DNA from: Octopus sinensis
Taxonomy: Eukaryota
Direction: 5' to 3'
DNA: 64,000 nt
Assembly (NCBI RefSeq): GCF_006345805.1
Contig: NC_043002.1
Coordinates: 113,708,001 to 113,772,000 of the forward strand
In this document: piece after piece, positions 47,850-61,039 of the stretch
How the letters are laid out: the number at the start of each line of letters is the position of its first letter
How positions within the stretch are numbered: the first letter of the stretch is position 1
Made by a program: the position numbers and the translations under genes
Notes under the pieces: generated by a model
What the model was told of the DNA's origin: nothing
Database searches by the model: none
Seen by the model: only the letters and a program-made list of their open reading frames with translations

Positions 47850-50800
47850 ACAGTGCTCAGGTGCACTACAACTCATCAGAAAAAGGAATCACAACTGCAT
47901 GAACACTACAGAGAATATGCAAAAGAAGTGACCAATTAATGAGTCTTTAAAAAAAGGGTGGAGGGCATCATATGTGCTGTTGGTGAATTTCAGGAAGCAT
48001 GGAAGATTTGAAGGATGTAGTGTCCAGACAACTAACAACTGGTGTGGCCAGTTTATTCTATGCTTCAGCAATTCTGAACATGAAAAAATATTTTCAAAAG
48101 TCATGGGTGCTGTATTTTTTTTTTTTTTGTTGATTTTGTAAGTTTGTCCACCAGTATTTCACATGAAATTCAAAAAAGGTACCCAAGATTGTTAGAAAGC
48201 TGGTGGATAATCTTGTGGGTGTCTACCAATATGTGAGTTAGTGCTAACATATTTAATACGTAAAGTATTAAGAAAACCTAATAAAAAATAATATGTCGTT
48301 AGAATAAGACAATATTAATAACTGGCTAATATAGTTAATAAACCACGACATGATCCCATCTTATCCTAACATCGCCACTGAATCGCCTTTCACTGTACCT
48401 GCCAAAACTATAACAATAGAGTTCTTTCCCTTGAATATAATTTTTTTTTTTTATGCTGAATGAAAATTGATTTCAAGTTTTGGCACAAAGCCACCAAGTT
48501 TAGGGTAGGGTTTAAGCCAATTACATCAACCTCAGTTCTCAACTGGTACTTATTTTATCGACCCCAAAAGGATGAAAAACTAAGTCGGCCTTGGCAGAAT
48601 TTGTACTCAGAACATAAAGATGGATGAAATGTTACAAAGCATCTTGCCTGGCATGCTGAGATTCTGCCAGCTCACCTCTTTGTGCTCAATGAATATTGGT
48701 TTATAAGTCAATATAATATTGTGTAAAATGTGGTAACATAAAGATGCAGACATGGTTGTGTAGTTAAAAAGTTTGTTGTGCAGCCATGTAGTTCCAAGTT
48801 CAATCTCACTGTGTGACACCATAGCTGTCTTCTGCCATAGTTTTGGATTGACCAATGCCTTGGGAGTGCCTTCTTCTCCCAATGCTGTTCTCCATCTTTA
48901 ACACCTTGCTTATCTGCTATGACTCTCATATCTACCCGTGGAGGCGCAATGGCCCAGTGGTTAGGGCAGTGGACTCGCGGTCGTAGGATCGCGGTTTCGA
49001 TTCCCAGACCGGGCGTTGTGAGTGTTTATTGAGCAAAAACACCTAAAAGCTCCACGGGGCTCCGGCAGGGGATGGTGGTGATCCCTGCTGTACTCTTCCA
49101 CCACAACTTTCTTTCACCCTTACTTCCTGTTTCTGTTGTACCTGTATTTCAAAGGGCCAGCCTTGTCACTCTCTGTGTCACGCTGAATATCCCTGAGAAC
49201 TACGTTAAGGGTGCACGTGTCTGTGGAGTGCTCAGCCACTTACACGTTAATTTCACGAGCAGGCTGTTCCGTTGATCGGATCAACCGGAACCCTTGTCGT
49301 CGTAACCGACGGAGTGCTTCCCCCCCACACTCTGAGCCTCTCCCAGGTTTCTCTCCATCATTTACTATAGTCACTTCTACCCCATCCAGTCACACAGGCC
49401 AAACCTCTGTATCACTTCACCTATTTTCACCACTCCTAATTTCCCTCGATGGCATTTCCTGACACATCTTTACCATCATCTCTTTTACTCCCTAATTCTC
49501 TCTATTTTACTCCCTAATTCATCCTCCTTTTCTTTCTAACTGGAGTATCCATGTATCTACAGTAAGACAACTATTTCTGTCCCTCTATACTTTTAATCTC
49601 TCATGTGGTACAAAGGAACAACTCCCCTCCCAGTTTGCCTTTTTGTCTCTTTTGTCTTGCAAGGTACCTGGTGACCTTATCACTGCTGGTGCCACATAAA
49701 AAGCACCCGGTTCACTTTGTAAAGTAGTTGGCATCCAGCTGTAGAAACCATGCCAAAACAGGCAGTGATGCCTGGTATGACTCCTGTCCTTGCTAGCTCC
49801 TGAGAAACTGTCCAACCCATGCCAGCATGTAAAATGGACATTAAGTGATGATGATGATGATGATGACAATGGTGTGTATGTGTGCATGAATTTGTATAAT
49901 AATAATAATAATAAAAACATTGTGTACAGTGCTCAGGTGCACTACAACTCATCTAAAGTGTATGTATAATCAGGTGTAGTTTCGGCGGATTTCGGAAAGC
50001 ATGAGGGCCTTAAAGGATGCAGTGTCATGGTAGTCAACAACTGACGCAGGCAGTTTGTTCCATGCTTCAGCAACTCTGAGCGTGAAAAAATGTTTCCGAA
50101 AGTCATGGGAGCTGTGTTGTTTTCTGACTTTGTAGGCATGTCCATGTGTGTTAGACACATGGAGATCAAAAAGGTGTTCAGTGTGTTTATGTTTACTACA
50201 GTAAATTGGTAGAAAGTTACTTTATGCAAAAATTGTAACTTAACACTGCAATAAAATAGAGATCAATAAAATCTGTAACAGACTGAAATAAGTACTGCGG
50301 TCAATATGATGTAAAACCTTGAAGGTTTTGGCCTTGCAAGATTACAGTCCAGCAACTGCGACCAATAACAGAATAAGCTTTATTTGACTAAATATCATTA
50401 ATGAAAATTCATTCGATCAAGATGTATAAAAAGTCAAGTCGATCTTATTAATGTCAAACTAGGGCAGTGAAACAAGCAAATGTAGGAATAAAAATCAACT
50501 GGCAGCTATGACTAGCCAAGAGTCAATTTATTCTACTATATTTGAATGTTTGTTGGAACCCATTGTCAGGCAAGTTAGCCAGCAGATTTTCATGGCTATT
50601 GTTTAGCTCAGATAAAACAGACCTATGATATAATGTGTTTAAGCCATAGTAGTCCCATATTTATACAGACATAGTGTAGCTAGGATTGCATTATACTAAA
50701 TTTCCTTCCTATTTTAAGATAGTAGGATATAAATAAGTGGAGATTTAGCTGTTGTTTCTAGCAGATAGTGTAGTGATACGAAGAGTAGTCTGCTCTTTTG

Positions 50801-51398
50801 CAGGCAGTAAGTCCTCCAAGATGTTTCAGCTTCCTTAGCAAATTATAATTGCCTCATGTCAGCCAGGTCAGTGGATACAAAGAATTATATAGTACATATG
50901 CTGGTATGACAAACCAATATCAAAACATAGAAAGGTGGCAAACCAGCAAAATCATTAGCACATTGGGAAAAATGCATAACAGCATTTAATCTGCCTTTAT
51001 GTTCTGAGTTCAAATTCTGCTGAAGTCAACTTTGCCTTTCATCCTTTTGGGGTGGATAAAATAAGTATCAGTTGAGAAATGGGGTTTATAATAATAATAT
51101 AATAATGAAATTATTGTATACAGTGCTCAGGTGCACCACAACTTGTCAGAAAGTGCATATAAAGTATATGCAGTAATGTACAAATGTCTGGAAAGCGAAC
51201 AATGTATGAGTCAGATACATGCTTGCGTGTGTATGGAGGGGAGAAAATCAGGTGTAGTGTTGGCGAATCTCAGAAAGCATGGAAGTTTTGAAGGATGCAG
51301 TGCTCTGACAACTAACAACTGATGCCGGCAGTTTGTTCCACGCTTCAGCAACTCTCAGCATGAAAAAATGTTTCCTGAAGTCATGGGAGCTGTGCTGT
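47850..51398 (-). mobile_element. Three CR1-clade 3'-end fragments (47850-48110, 49895-50150, 51085-51398)
   Basis: HDFRKHFFTLRVAEAWNKLPASVV...FK C-terminal motif, shared 3' UTR GTAGTGCACCTGAGCACTGTA, AT-rich tails. Confidence 0.8.
48938..49320 (+). mobile_element. tRNA-derived SINE, family A
   Basis: Full-length homology to 8199-8589. Confidence 0.88.
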
Positions 51399-51811
51399 AA
51401 TTGACTTACCTGCTTCCCTCAAATTACTGGCCTTGTGTCAAAATTTGAAACCAATATTAAAACTTTGGAAAATAACTCAGAAATTTCATGCATTTAATGA
51501 AGAGATTGTGAATACTGTAATTAATGAAGAGTGTATCTGTAAAGAGGAGAAGTAAACATTTTTGAATGATATTTATTCTGAAAACAAGGAAGACAACTTA
51601 GGATTTCAACTCAGAACTTATAAGGACTAAACAAAACACTGTAAAATATTTAGCTCAGTGCTTTCAACTACCTTCATCAATTATCAAGGAAGCTTTTACA
51701 TATTTGCTTTGCCTGCAAAAGAAATAATAGCATCCAAATTTAGCTAATCTCACACTTTATCATATTAGAGGGGATGGACACATTGAGCAATATAATCCTG
51801 AGTACATTATA

Positions 51812-52204
51812 TTACTCTTTTACATGTTTCAGTCATTTGACTGCGGCCATGCTGGAGCACCGCCTTTAGTCGAGCAAATCGCCCCCGGGACTTATTCTTT
51901 GTAAGTCCAGTACTTATTCTATCAGTCTCTTTTGCTGAACCGCTAAGTTATGGGGACGTAAACACACCAGCATCGGTTGTCAAGCAATGCTAGGGGTACA
52001 AACACAGACACACAAACACATACATACATATACATATATACGACAGGCTTCTTTCAGTTTCCGTCTACCAAATCCACTCACAAGGCATTGGTTGGCCCGG
52101 GGCTATAGCAGAATACACTTGCCCAAGATGCCATGCAGTGGGACTGAACCCGGAACCATGTGGTTGGTTAGCAAGCTACTTACCACACAGCCACTCCTGC
52201 GCCT
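51812..52204 (-). mobile_element. tRNA-derived SINE, family B
   Basis: Full-length homology to 37936-38380. Confidence 0.88.
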
Positions 52205-52649
52205 ATGTGAAAAAAACAACAACAATAACTTTGTCATGACTCAAATGCTTTTGGTGGGCTGTGGGCTGAAAATATGAGTCATATTCTATCATCTAAGAAA
52301 GGAGGGCATGTTTGTTAATGTAATCCTAGTAATCATATGCTGAATGACAAATAGTGAAGGGTAAAAAAAAAACCCTTTGCTTATAGGAAAATGACACCAA
52401 AGTTATTAATGAACTTGGCTAAAAAAACCAAACCTCATTTAACAAGGAAAATTCAAAATAATTGGCACATTGAGGGGAAACTGAAAACTGTTACATCATC
52501 ATTTTAATGTCCACTTTTCCATGCTTGCATGGGTCGAGAATTTGTTGAGGTGGATTTTCTACAGTCAAATGCCCTATCAGCAACCTTCACTTGTTTCCAA
52601 GTAAGACATTTCTCCATGACCAGACAGGTTTTCAAAGAATATTGGAAAC

Positions 52650-52996
52650 AAAGATTCTCGCTCACAACATCATAAGCGGAAAGTGTAACCTCTCGAAAGA
52701 GCTGTTCTTCACTCCTGCTCCAGAGCGTCGGCTGCGGGGTCATTCCGAAAAGCTCTATCTGCGACGATTTCATCTCAATCGAAGGAGAGGGGCTTTCTCC
52801 GTCTGGGTTGCGGATCCGTGGAACAAGCTGCCAGACGAGATGGTAAAGATGCCGACGACCGCTTTGTTCAAAGTCTCCCTTGACCTCAAGTGGCCTGAAC
52901 TCTTTACATGAACACCACCCTGTACATAACTCCATGTCCCCATACATGGCCTTGCTTTTTGCTTTTTGAGCCAAAAAATTAACTAACTAACTAACT
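52650..52996 (+). mobile_element. CR1-clade LINE 3' end, same family as 4496-5434
   Basis: ILAHNIISGKCNLSKELFF...RGHSEKL...WNKLP...WPELFT*, with an (AACT)n tail. Confidence 0.88.
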
Positions 52997-53818
52997 TTAC
53001 AACTATCACACACACACATAGGTGAAGGTGAGTGGCTTATTGGTTAGGGTATTTAGCTCATGATTGCAAAGATGTGTGTTTGATTCCCAGTGGCATGCTG
53101 TGCCATTGAGCAAGACATTTTATTTCACATTGCTCCAGTTGCCTCAGCTAGCAAGAATGAGTAGTACCTGCATTTCAAAGGGTCAGCCTTGTCACATCTT
53201 ATACCACACTGAATCTCCTTGAGAACTATGCTAAGGGTACAAGTGTCTGAGGAGTACTCAGCCACGTGCATATAATTTCATAAGTAGGCTGTTCCATAGA
53301 CTGGATCAGCTGGAACTGATGGAGTGCCAGTATTCATATATAAAAAACAAGTCCCGGGGTTGACTTGTTTGACTAAAACCCCTCAAGGCTGTGCTCCAGC
53401 ATGGCAACAGTCAAATGACTGAAACAAGTAAAAGAATAAAAGAATACACACACACTCATGGTACTATGTGATGTGCAACTTCACATGTTAGTTCAATGTT
53501 AGCTGCTATTTCATGCACTGCAAACAGACCTTGGAGTAGCACAAGCAGTGCAAGGAAAAGGAGCAGGAAGGAATCTAGCAGCTGGTTTAATATGCATCAA
53601 AGTCAGAGTTGCCTATAATTACCCAAACTGCCCCTCAGATAGCATCAGACTTACTGTTAATACTTGATGGGACATGAGGTGTTAGTAATATAGTTCAGCT
53701 GAAAACCCTATTAACTTCATTTTCACAATGACTATACTTACCTTTTACGTGACTGAGTGACTGAAGGGCTGAGAGTTTCATGCATTGGTGCTTCCCCAAA
53801 ATTACGCACACACACATA

Positions 53819-54217
53819 TCTTTATATATAAAAGTGAGGTTGTGTGCTGTCTGTCTCCTACGATTTAGATTCCTAACTACTCCCACATTTTGCGGTGCAG
53901 TGTAACCAAAAGCGGGTATCTTATAGTCGTGATTCATATTGAGCCCTTCTGGGCATTAGCGCGCGTCTACGATGACTCTACGATTTAAAAAAAAAATTAC
54001 CATAAATTTTTCCCATTTTTTAATGTACTTTTGGCATATATAAGGGAAGTAACTCTCTACAAATTTATTATCAAATCTCAGAACGTAAAAAGCTACAGTA
54101 ACCCCCCCCCCATTTGTGGTTAGCCATATTGAGATGGCTATTATACTTTACATCTCTAAAAATGCTTATATAGTTATTTCCCTTACAAACCCGGGCAACG
54201 CCTGGCGATACTGCTAG
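53819..54217 (+). mobile_element. Non-autonomous Helitron, family 1
   Basis: A|TC...hairpin...CTAG|T. Confidence 0.8.
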
Positions 54218-55768
54218 TTATTTATATTTCATTGTTTCAGTCATTTAACTGTGGTTATGCTGGGGGACCACCTTGAAGGTTTTTTTTTTAGTCGAACAAA
54301 TTGATTCTAAGCCTAGTACTTATTCTATTGGTCTTTTTACTGAACTGCTAAGTTATGGGGACATAAAGATACCACCACCAGCTGTCAAGCAGTGGTGGGG
54401 TGACAAACACAAGTACAAAGATACACATATATTATTACAGGCTTCTTCCAGTTTGCATCTATGAAATTCACTCATAAGGCTGTGATCACTCCAAGGCTAT
54501 AGTAGAAGACACTTGCCCAAGGTGCCAAGCTGTGGGACTGGTTTCTGATTGAAAGCAAGTCCAGTGTTCAAATCAATAAACCTGGTACAAGCTTTTCAAA
54601 CCTGTAAAAATAGAAAAAGATATAAATGCCCTCTTTTAAATAGGTCTGCTCAGTCAGTTCAAACCTGACCCAAACAATTCCTGTTTAATATATTTTTAAG
54701 CATTAATTCTATAAATGTTTATAAACTCACTAAAGTGTGGAAACATTATTTTGACAACTGCTGTTCTAGGGATTGAAGTTTCAATAATTTAGACATAATG
54801 TCAACTATGTAAGATCTCATTGCTAAATCCCCCAAATATTTCTAACACTTTTTCTATATATAAACTTGGTTATACTTTACTATGCTGATGAGGTCTAATA
54901 AACTCAAATAAGACCCATTGTTGTCTGTTGACTGAAAACAAGGATCAGATTTGCCCTTAGGTTGTAAATTAACTTTGAGAATTTAATTTTCCATTTATTG
55001 AAATTACGTTTCTTTCCCTTACTTTTTATAAGTCAATTATTTACCATTAGATTTTTGGTTTCTTTCTCCAACTCTCATGCAAATTTCAATTCAGAATTTT
55101 TGGAGACATCACCAGCTAAATTCACACCTGACCTATTTGAGTTATTTCCCTTCCTTAAAATTAAAACTGTATTACAAATCAGATTGGAACCTGGTGCAGC
55201 TCCCAGCTTGCCAGTTTTCAGTCAAACCGTCCAACCCATGCCAGCATGGAAAACGGACGTTGAATGACGATAAAAAGTATATAAATGTTTTATTCAATGA
55301 TCAGGGGATACATGAAATTTTTAAAATATTTTTACTCGACAGCATACCTACACAAGTGTGTCCTTAACCAATGATTTTGTTTCTTCATAACTTTCAGAAA
55401 ATGGATATTTCTAAATGAAATTTTCTACAAATACCCATTTTTAAAAAAGTAATGAAGAAACAAATTTCCTGAAACTCCTCTCTCCATCCATGGCAAAAGT
55501 TCTTCACAAATTCCAATATAGTCAGAATCTACACAATCTGAAACGTATTTATCTTTTACTTATTTTAGTCATTAGACTGTACCCATGCTGGGGCACCACT
55601 TTGAAGAACTGTTAATAAAATGAATTAACCACAGTACTTATTTTTAAAGCACGGTACTTATTCAATCGGTCTTTTTGGCCGAATCGCTTTGTTACGGGAA
55701 CGTAAACACACCAGCACCGGTTGTCAAGCGGTGGAGGGCAACAAATACTGACACAATTCTATAAACAT

Positions 55769-55826
<58 letters not shown>

Positions 55827-56449
55827 AAAAAAATACAAACTGGGACAAGAACGCAAAACATTTAGAAGACGATACAAAAAACACGGACGGGACATTCGAA
55901 GCCTTCAATCTTCAGTCAAGAACCGGATCATCCTATATATATATATATATATATATACGTCGGACTTCTTTCACTATCCTTCAACCAAATCCATTCGCAA
56001 GGCTTTGGCTGATAATTTCATTAAAAAACACATTTTTTTTTAGAAGTATGAGGAAACAAAATTGTGTAAGAATGCCATTAGAAAATAATATACGCAATTG
56101 ATAGAATTGGATAGAAATGAATATATCAGAGAATTACGAAGTATATAAAATGTCCCAAAATTCAGAGCACAGAGAATCCTTTAACGTTTTCCAAAAGAAT
56201 TACTAAAATGCTTAATAAGAAACCTGTTGCCAACAGTTCGTATCAAAAACGATGTCCCAGTAAAGCAAAAGTTAATATAATGGTGATTATATGTGCTGTG
56301 ACTAGCAATCACATAATTGTTTCCATTTCTACCCAACTCAAACCCTTTGCCAAGCAAATTTAACTTCGATTAAAAGAAAAAAACTTCAGTTTATTCAAAA
56401 AGCAGTGAAAAACCATCATCAAGTTTCCTACAACTTTTATATCAAATAA

Positions 56450-56850
56450 TACGGATATCGAACATATTTTAGTGCTTCTAAATTTGCCATACTGCTGGTC
56501 GTTGACGAGTTACCAGCATCGTTTAAAGGAACGATGGTCGTCTCGACTTAAACGAAGCGAAAATGAACTTTAATGAAGCGAAAAATTGGCAAAAAACTTG
56601 GAAGGAGGAAAAAGTCTGCGACCGAAAGTAAGGAGCGTGGGTAAAAAGTATCGCGAGTATCAGTTACAACGATAACGATTGGTTAGTTTTGGCAGAGTTA
56701 TTACGTCATTTCTAAATTCGACCAATCAACGTTTAGTTTACATGTAGACATTAGTATATTACAGCGCGGATTGTATGAAAAGTAAATGTCCCGAATGAGT
56801 TGACAATCGGATGAAAAGGTATTTGTTTATGTTTAAAATCGGAGTGAAAC
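56450..56850. promoter_or_regulatory. CpG-rich putative promoter, probably of NCAPH2 and possibly bidirectional
   Basis: Non-repetitive local CpG enrichment. ATTGG (56678-56682) and CCAAT (56722-56726) flank a CRE-like TTACGTCA (56701-56708); TCGCGA at 56651. Candidate + donors GTAAGG (56628) and GTAAAT (56782), about 4 kb upstream of an exon that needs a 5' exon. Confidence 0.5.
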
Positions 56851-57608
56851 CACTCTTGATCTTGCTGTATTTCATTTGCCTTATTCAAAATGTAATCTTT
56901 GTTAATTTTTCAGTCTTTCCTGTGACATTCATTTCCTATTCTTTCCGATCGAAACAGAGGTTGTTTATATCAAAATGTCGAGGATTCAGCAAAAAAACTT
57001 CAAATAATTTTGCAAAGCTTAACAATAATAATAATCGTAAAACATATTGAAGCATATTCTGTTGTGTCTGGGGAGAGTCATTCTCTTTTAGTGCCTTATA
57101 ACGTAAAATTTCAACTTAATAAGTGGAAATTTCCACTTAATGAGTGTGTTTAAATAATAAGGTACCAAAAGATAATGACTCTCCCCAGAAACAACAGAAA
57201 TGCTTCAACACACGAACTCACATAAAGAATCTTGCAAACCAAATCCCAAAACGAAATAATTAATATTTACTGACTATGTTGTTAATACGATCCATTCTTT
57301 TTTAAACTCTGATTTCCTTGTTTTCCCTGTTAACTATTATTTTAAATGTTTGTAGTGTAAAACCTGGTGTTTAGCAATGAGTAAAAGAAAGGAAATAACT
57401 CGAAAAAGCAACTTTCCAGTTTATATATTTCTTATATTCCCTTCGACGGACTTTCAGCTATTGCACAAGTCCACCTTGTCTTTATTAACTTGCACGAAAA
57501 CTATTATGATCTCACTTTGTGTATTTCAAGTTTCATTCAGTGTCACTAAAATTAATCATGATCCACTTGATTTTTGTTGAGCTAGCTAAGCTTATCTTTA
57601 TATATATA

Positions 57609-57978
57609 CTAGCAGTATCGCCCGGCATTGCTCGGGTTTGTTTCGAACCTTGGAACTTTTGAAAAGTAAAAATTTTGCATCATGTAGCTTGTTATTCTCT
57701 TTAAGTGAACATTTTTCTGGTTGAAATACACCGAAAAATGACGACACAGCAGTCAAAAAATCGTAAAAAATAGGGATTTTCATAGAATAAAAGCACCTTT
57801 TTGATGTAAATAATTTTTGGTGTTAACATGGTCCGATTTGAATTTTATCTTCTACGGAATGAAGAGCAAGCCTTCTTCTATCATACTCTCAATTTTGGTC
57901 AACTTGCGCCGCAGGGTCTCGTAAGAGATAGTGTTAGTTGGAGGCTACCAAACCTGCCATACACAGACAACTTCAGTT
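57609..57978 (-). mobile_element. Non-autonomous Helitron, family 2, 5' end truncated by an RTE tail
   Basis: CTAG plus hairpin at 57609-57640; core matches 27181-27595. Confidence 0.72.
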
Positions 57979-58919
57979 TCTACAGCTGGATGCCCTTCCT
58001 AACGCCAACCACTCTGCGAGTGTAGTGGGTGCTTTTTACGTGCCACCTGCACAGGTGCCAGGGGGGTCCGGCATCGGCCACGATCGGTTGGAGCTTTTAA
58101 TGTGCCACTGGCACGGCATTATATATCAATAACTAACATAGTGGTGCAGATGTAGAGGTTGCAAAAGATTTAATACAAGATTGGTTTGCAATAGCAAGTT
58201 CTGAACTTTATAAACCAAGTCAACCATGTTCATTTTTCGATGCTGGTATGAGTTAGACAAGTTTGCAGTACCATAGACGTCTACATGTTACAGTCCTATA
58301 CCATGTCTTCTTCGAGGTGCAGTGTCCTCAGGTTTGCTCAGATTACTTCTTTGCATATCTCCCTTTGTCTGCTCCGATATGTATTCTGTGCTGGCTCTGT
58401 CCAAGTATTTAAGATTGAAAATTATGTCCAACAATAAAATATTACAGACGGAAATTTATTAGTGTCATAGAAGAGGTAGCAAAGACTTCAGTCATTTCTT
58501 GAAAGTTCCCTCAGCCTTTGATATATCAGGCCTTTGATTCACTCTTTGATTGAACATATCAGGCTCAGATATTCTACTTGTTTTATGATTAAATCAGCCA
58601 GATCCAGCCTCTCACACTTACCCTACAATATCATTCTTAAAATAAACTATCATACCATCGAAATATCGAAGTTACAAGATAGTAGATGATAAATTCAAAA
58701 CAACGTGTATAAATAACCATTACATTTGACAGAGTAATCTGAATGCTAAAGGACCAAGATCTGAGTTGTGGTTTATCATTTTAAAGGTTTCAAAGATGAG
58801 TGAGATTTTTATGTAGGCTTAGAAAAATATTAGATCTTTATCAAATAAGAATTATCACAGTAGCTGTCAATGAAGGTGCAAATATTTGCTTTGACAAAAT
58901 GATATATATATATATATAC

Positions 58920-59299
58920 GTGGAGGCGCAATGGCCCAGTGGTTAGGGCAGCAGACTCGCGGTCAGAGGATCGCGGTTTTGATTCCCAGACCGGGCATTG
59001 TGAGTGTTTATTGAGCGAAAACACCTAAAGCTCCACGAGGCTCCAGCAGGGAGTGGTGGTGAACCCTGCTGTACTCTTTCACCACAACTTTCTCTCGCTC
59101 TTTCTTCCTGTTTCTCTTGTACCTGTATTTCAAAGGGCCCGCCTTGTCACTCGCTGTGTCACGCTGAATCTCCTCGAGAACTACGTTAAGGGTACACGTG
59201 TCTGTGGAGTGCTCAGCCACTTGCACGTTAATATCACGAGCAAGCTGTTCCGTTGATCGTATCAGCTGGGACCCTCATCGTCGCAACCGACGGAGTGCT

Positions 59300-59300
<1 letters not shown>
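58920..59300 (+). mobile_element. tRNA-derived SINE, family A, within (TA)n
   Basis: Full-length homology to the other family A copies. Confidence 0.85.
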
Positions 59301-59357
<57 letters not shown>

Positions 59358-59499
59358 CAGAGTTTTGAAAAGAGGACAGGTCTTCTTGTGTTCAGCACGG
59401 TGCCAATGATTGAGATATCTAGCATCTTACTGTATTCTAGAAAACCCATCCTCCACAACAGAGGTGTTAAGGCCTCTCTTCCTGATGAAGAGGATTGAC

Positions 59500-60206
59500 C
59501 TTTTATGTGCTGGCATTACATAAAAGCGCTTGTACTGGTGCCACATTAAAAGCACCCAGCACAGTATAAAGTGGTTAGCATTAGGAATGACATCCAGCCT
59601 TAGAAACCAAGCCAAATCAGACTGGAACCTGGTGTCCCAAGAAGGAAAGGTATGCATAAGTGGACTGGCTACATCTCAGGTAAAGGCCACAGGTTATGGT
59701 CTCACTTGTCCTGCCGGGTCTTCTCACATACAGCATACTTCCAAAGGTCTTGGTCACTAGTCATTTCCTTGGTGAGACCTAATGTTCGAAGGTCGTGCTT
59801 CACCACCTCGTCCCAGGTTTTCCTGTGTCTACCTCTTCCACAGGTTCCCTCAACCGCTAGGGTGTGGCACTTTTTCACACAACTATCTTCATCCATTCTC
59901 GCCACATGCCCATACCAGCGCAATCGTCTCTCTTGCACACCATAACTGATGCTTCTTAGGTCCAACTTTTCTCTCAAGGTACTTACACTCTGTCGAGTAT
60001 GAACACTGACATTACACATCCATCGGGGCATACTGGCTTCATTCCTTGCAAGCTTACGCATATCCTCAGCAGCCACGACCCATGTTTCACTGCCATGTAG
60101 CATGGCTGTTCGTACACATGCATCTTACAGTCTGCCTTTTCCTGAGCGAGAGGCCTTTTGTCACCAGCAGAGGTAAGAGCTCTCTGAACTTTGCCCAGGC
60201 TATTCA
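59500..60206 (-). mobile_element. RTE LINE 3' fragment, same family as 29289-31060
   Basis: MLHGSETW...QERRLRWYGHVARMDED...GRGRHRKTWDEVV...DLWKYAV. Confidence 0.9.
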
Positions 60207-60384
60207 TGCATTATCTCATAACTGAGACTCCAATGATGTAGGGTGGGTGTTAGAGGTCAGGTCTTGTCTCCATTTGAACATAAAGGGGATTATTTGGGCT
60301 GGATACGGCCTGTTTAAATGCTACAAAGTTAAACCACTGCAATATTTATTAATCACCCTGTTTCACTTTTGTATAACTACTCTA

Positions 60385-60795
60385 ACTCTCTTTTACTCTT
60401 TTACTTGTTTCAGTCATTTGACTGCGGCCATGCTGGAGCACCGCCTTTAGTCGAGCAAATCGACCCCGGGACTTATACTTTGTAAGCCCAGTACTTATTC
60501 TATCGGTCCCTTTTGCCGAACCACTAAGTGACGGGGACGTAAACACACCAGCATCGGTTGTCAAGCAATACTAAGGGGACAAACACAGACACACAAACAT
60601 ACACACACATATATATATACATACATATATACGACAGGCTTCTTTTCAGTTTCCGTCTACCAAATCCACTCACAAGGCATTGGTCGGCCCGGGGCTATAG
60701 CAGAAGACACTTGCCCAAGATGCCACGCAGTGGGACTGAACCCGCAACCATGTGGTTGGTTAGCAAGCTACTTACCACACAGCCACTCCTGCGCC
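60385..60795 (-). mobile_element. tRNA-derived SINE, family B
   Basis: Full-length homology to 37936-38380. Confidence 0.88.
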
Positions 60796-60928
60796 TATAA
60801 CTGTAATGCTTAAATTTCTCTCTACTTCCATCTTGAAAATTTAAATATATTATTTCTTGTTTTACTCTTTTTTGAAATTTGATAATATTTTTTAAACTAT
60901 ATAATTATTTTTCTTCTTTACAGTAACA

Positions 60929-61039
60929 ATGGTGCTGGAAGATGATGGCCGCTTCAACTTTATGTTGCAACCCATCCGTGATCTGACTAAAAATTGGGAT
61001 GTTGATATTGCTAGTCATCTTGAAGACTACTTAGAAGAG
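60929..61039 (+). CDS. NCAPH2: Condensin-2 complex subunit H2 (kleisin beta), first coding exon; the gene continues beyond the window
   Basis: [37 protein letters not shown] matches the conserved CAP-H2 N-terminus ([30 protein letters not shown]). Acceptor TTCTTCTTTACAG at 60923, exon 60924-61039, phase-0 GT donor at 61040. Confidence 0.93.

Noticed and set aside
22431-50810. Plus-strand micro-exon candidates with good splice sites (about 22431-22459, 24400-24430, 34402-34434, 37438-37457, and a 3-nt one near 50804)
   Set aside because: They do not chain into an open frame or a recognisable protein, and such pairs are expected by chance in AT-rich DNA. RNA-seq would be needed.
55885-55935. 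Minus-strand CTGAAGA...TTCGAAT possible hammerhead; also CTGAAGA at 27122, CTGATGA at 33915 and 54885, and CTGACGA near 14842
   Set aside because: Each lacks a correctly placed GAAA with stem II/III and a cleavage triplet.
56437-56490. MANLEALKY... resembling the MRI1 N-terminus (MTLEAIRY)
   Set aside because: The similarity stops after about 8 residues, the frame closes at 17 codons, and no MRI1 exons were found elsewhere.
58143-58245. Exon-like open stretch GADVEVAKDLIQDWFAIASSELYKPSQPCSFFDA with a GTATGA donor in the presumed NCAPH2 5' intron
   Set aside because: It has no similarity to CAP-H2, whose conserved N-terminus starts at 60929, and the acceptor is weak. It cannot be supported without transcripts.
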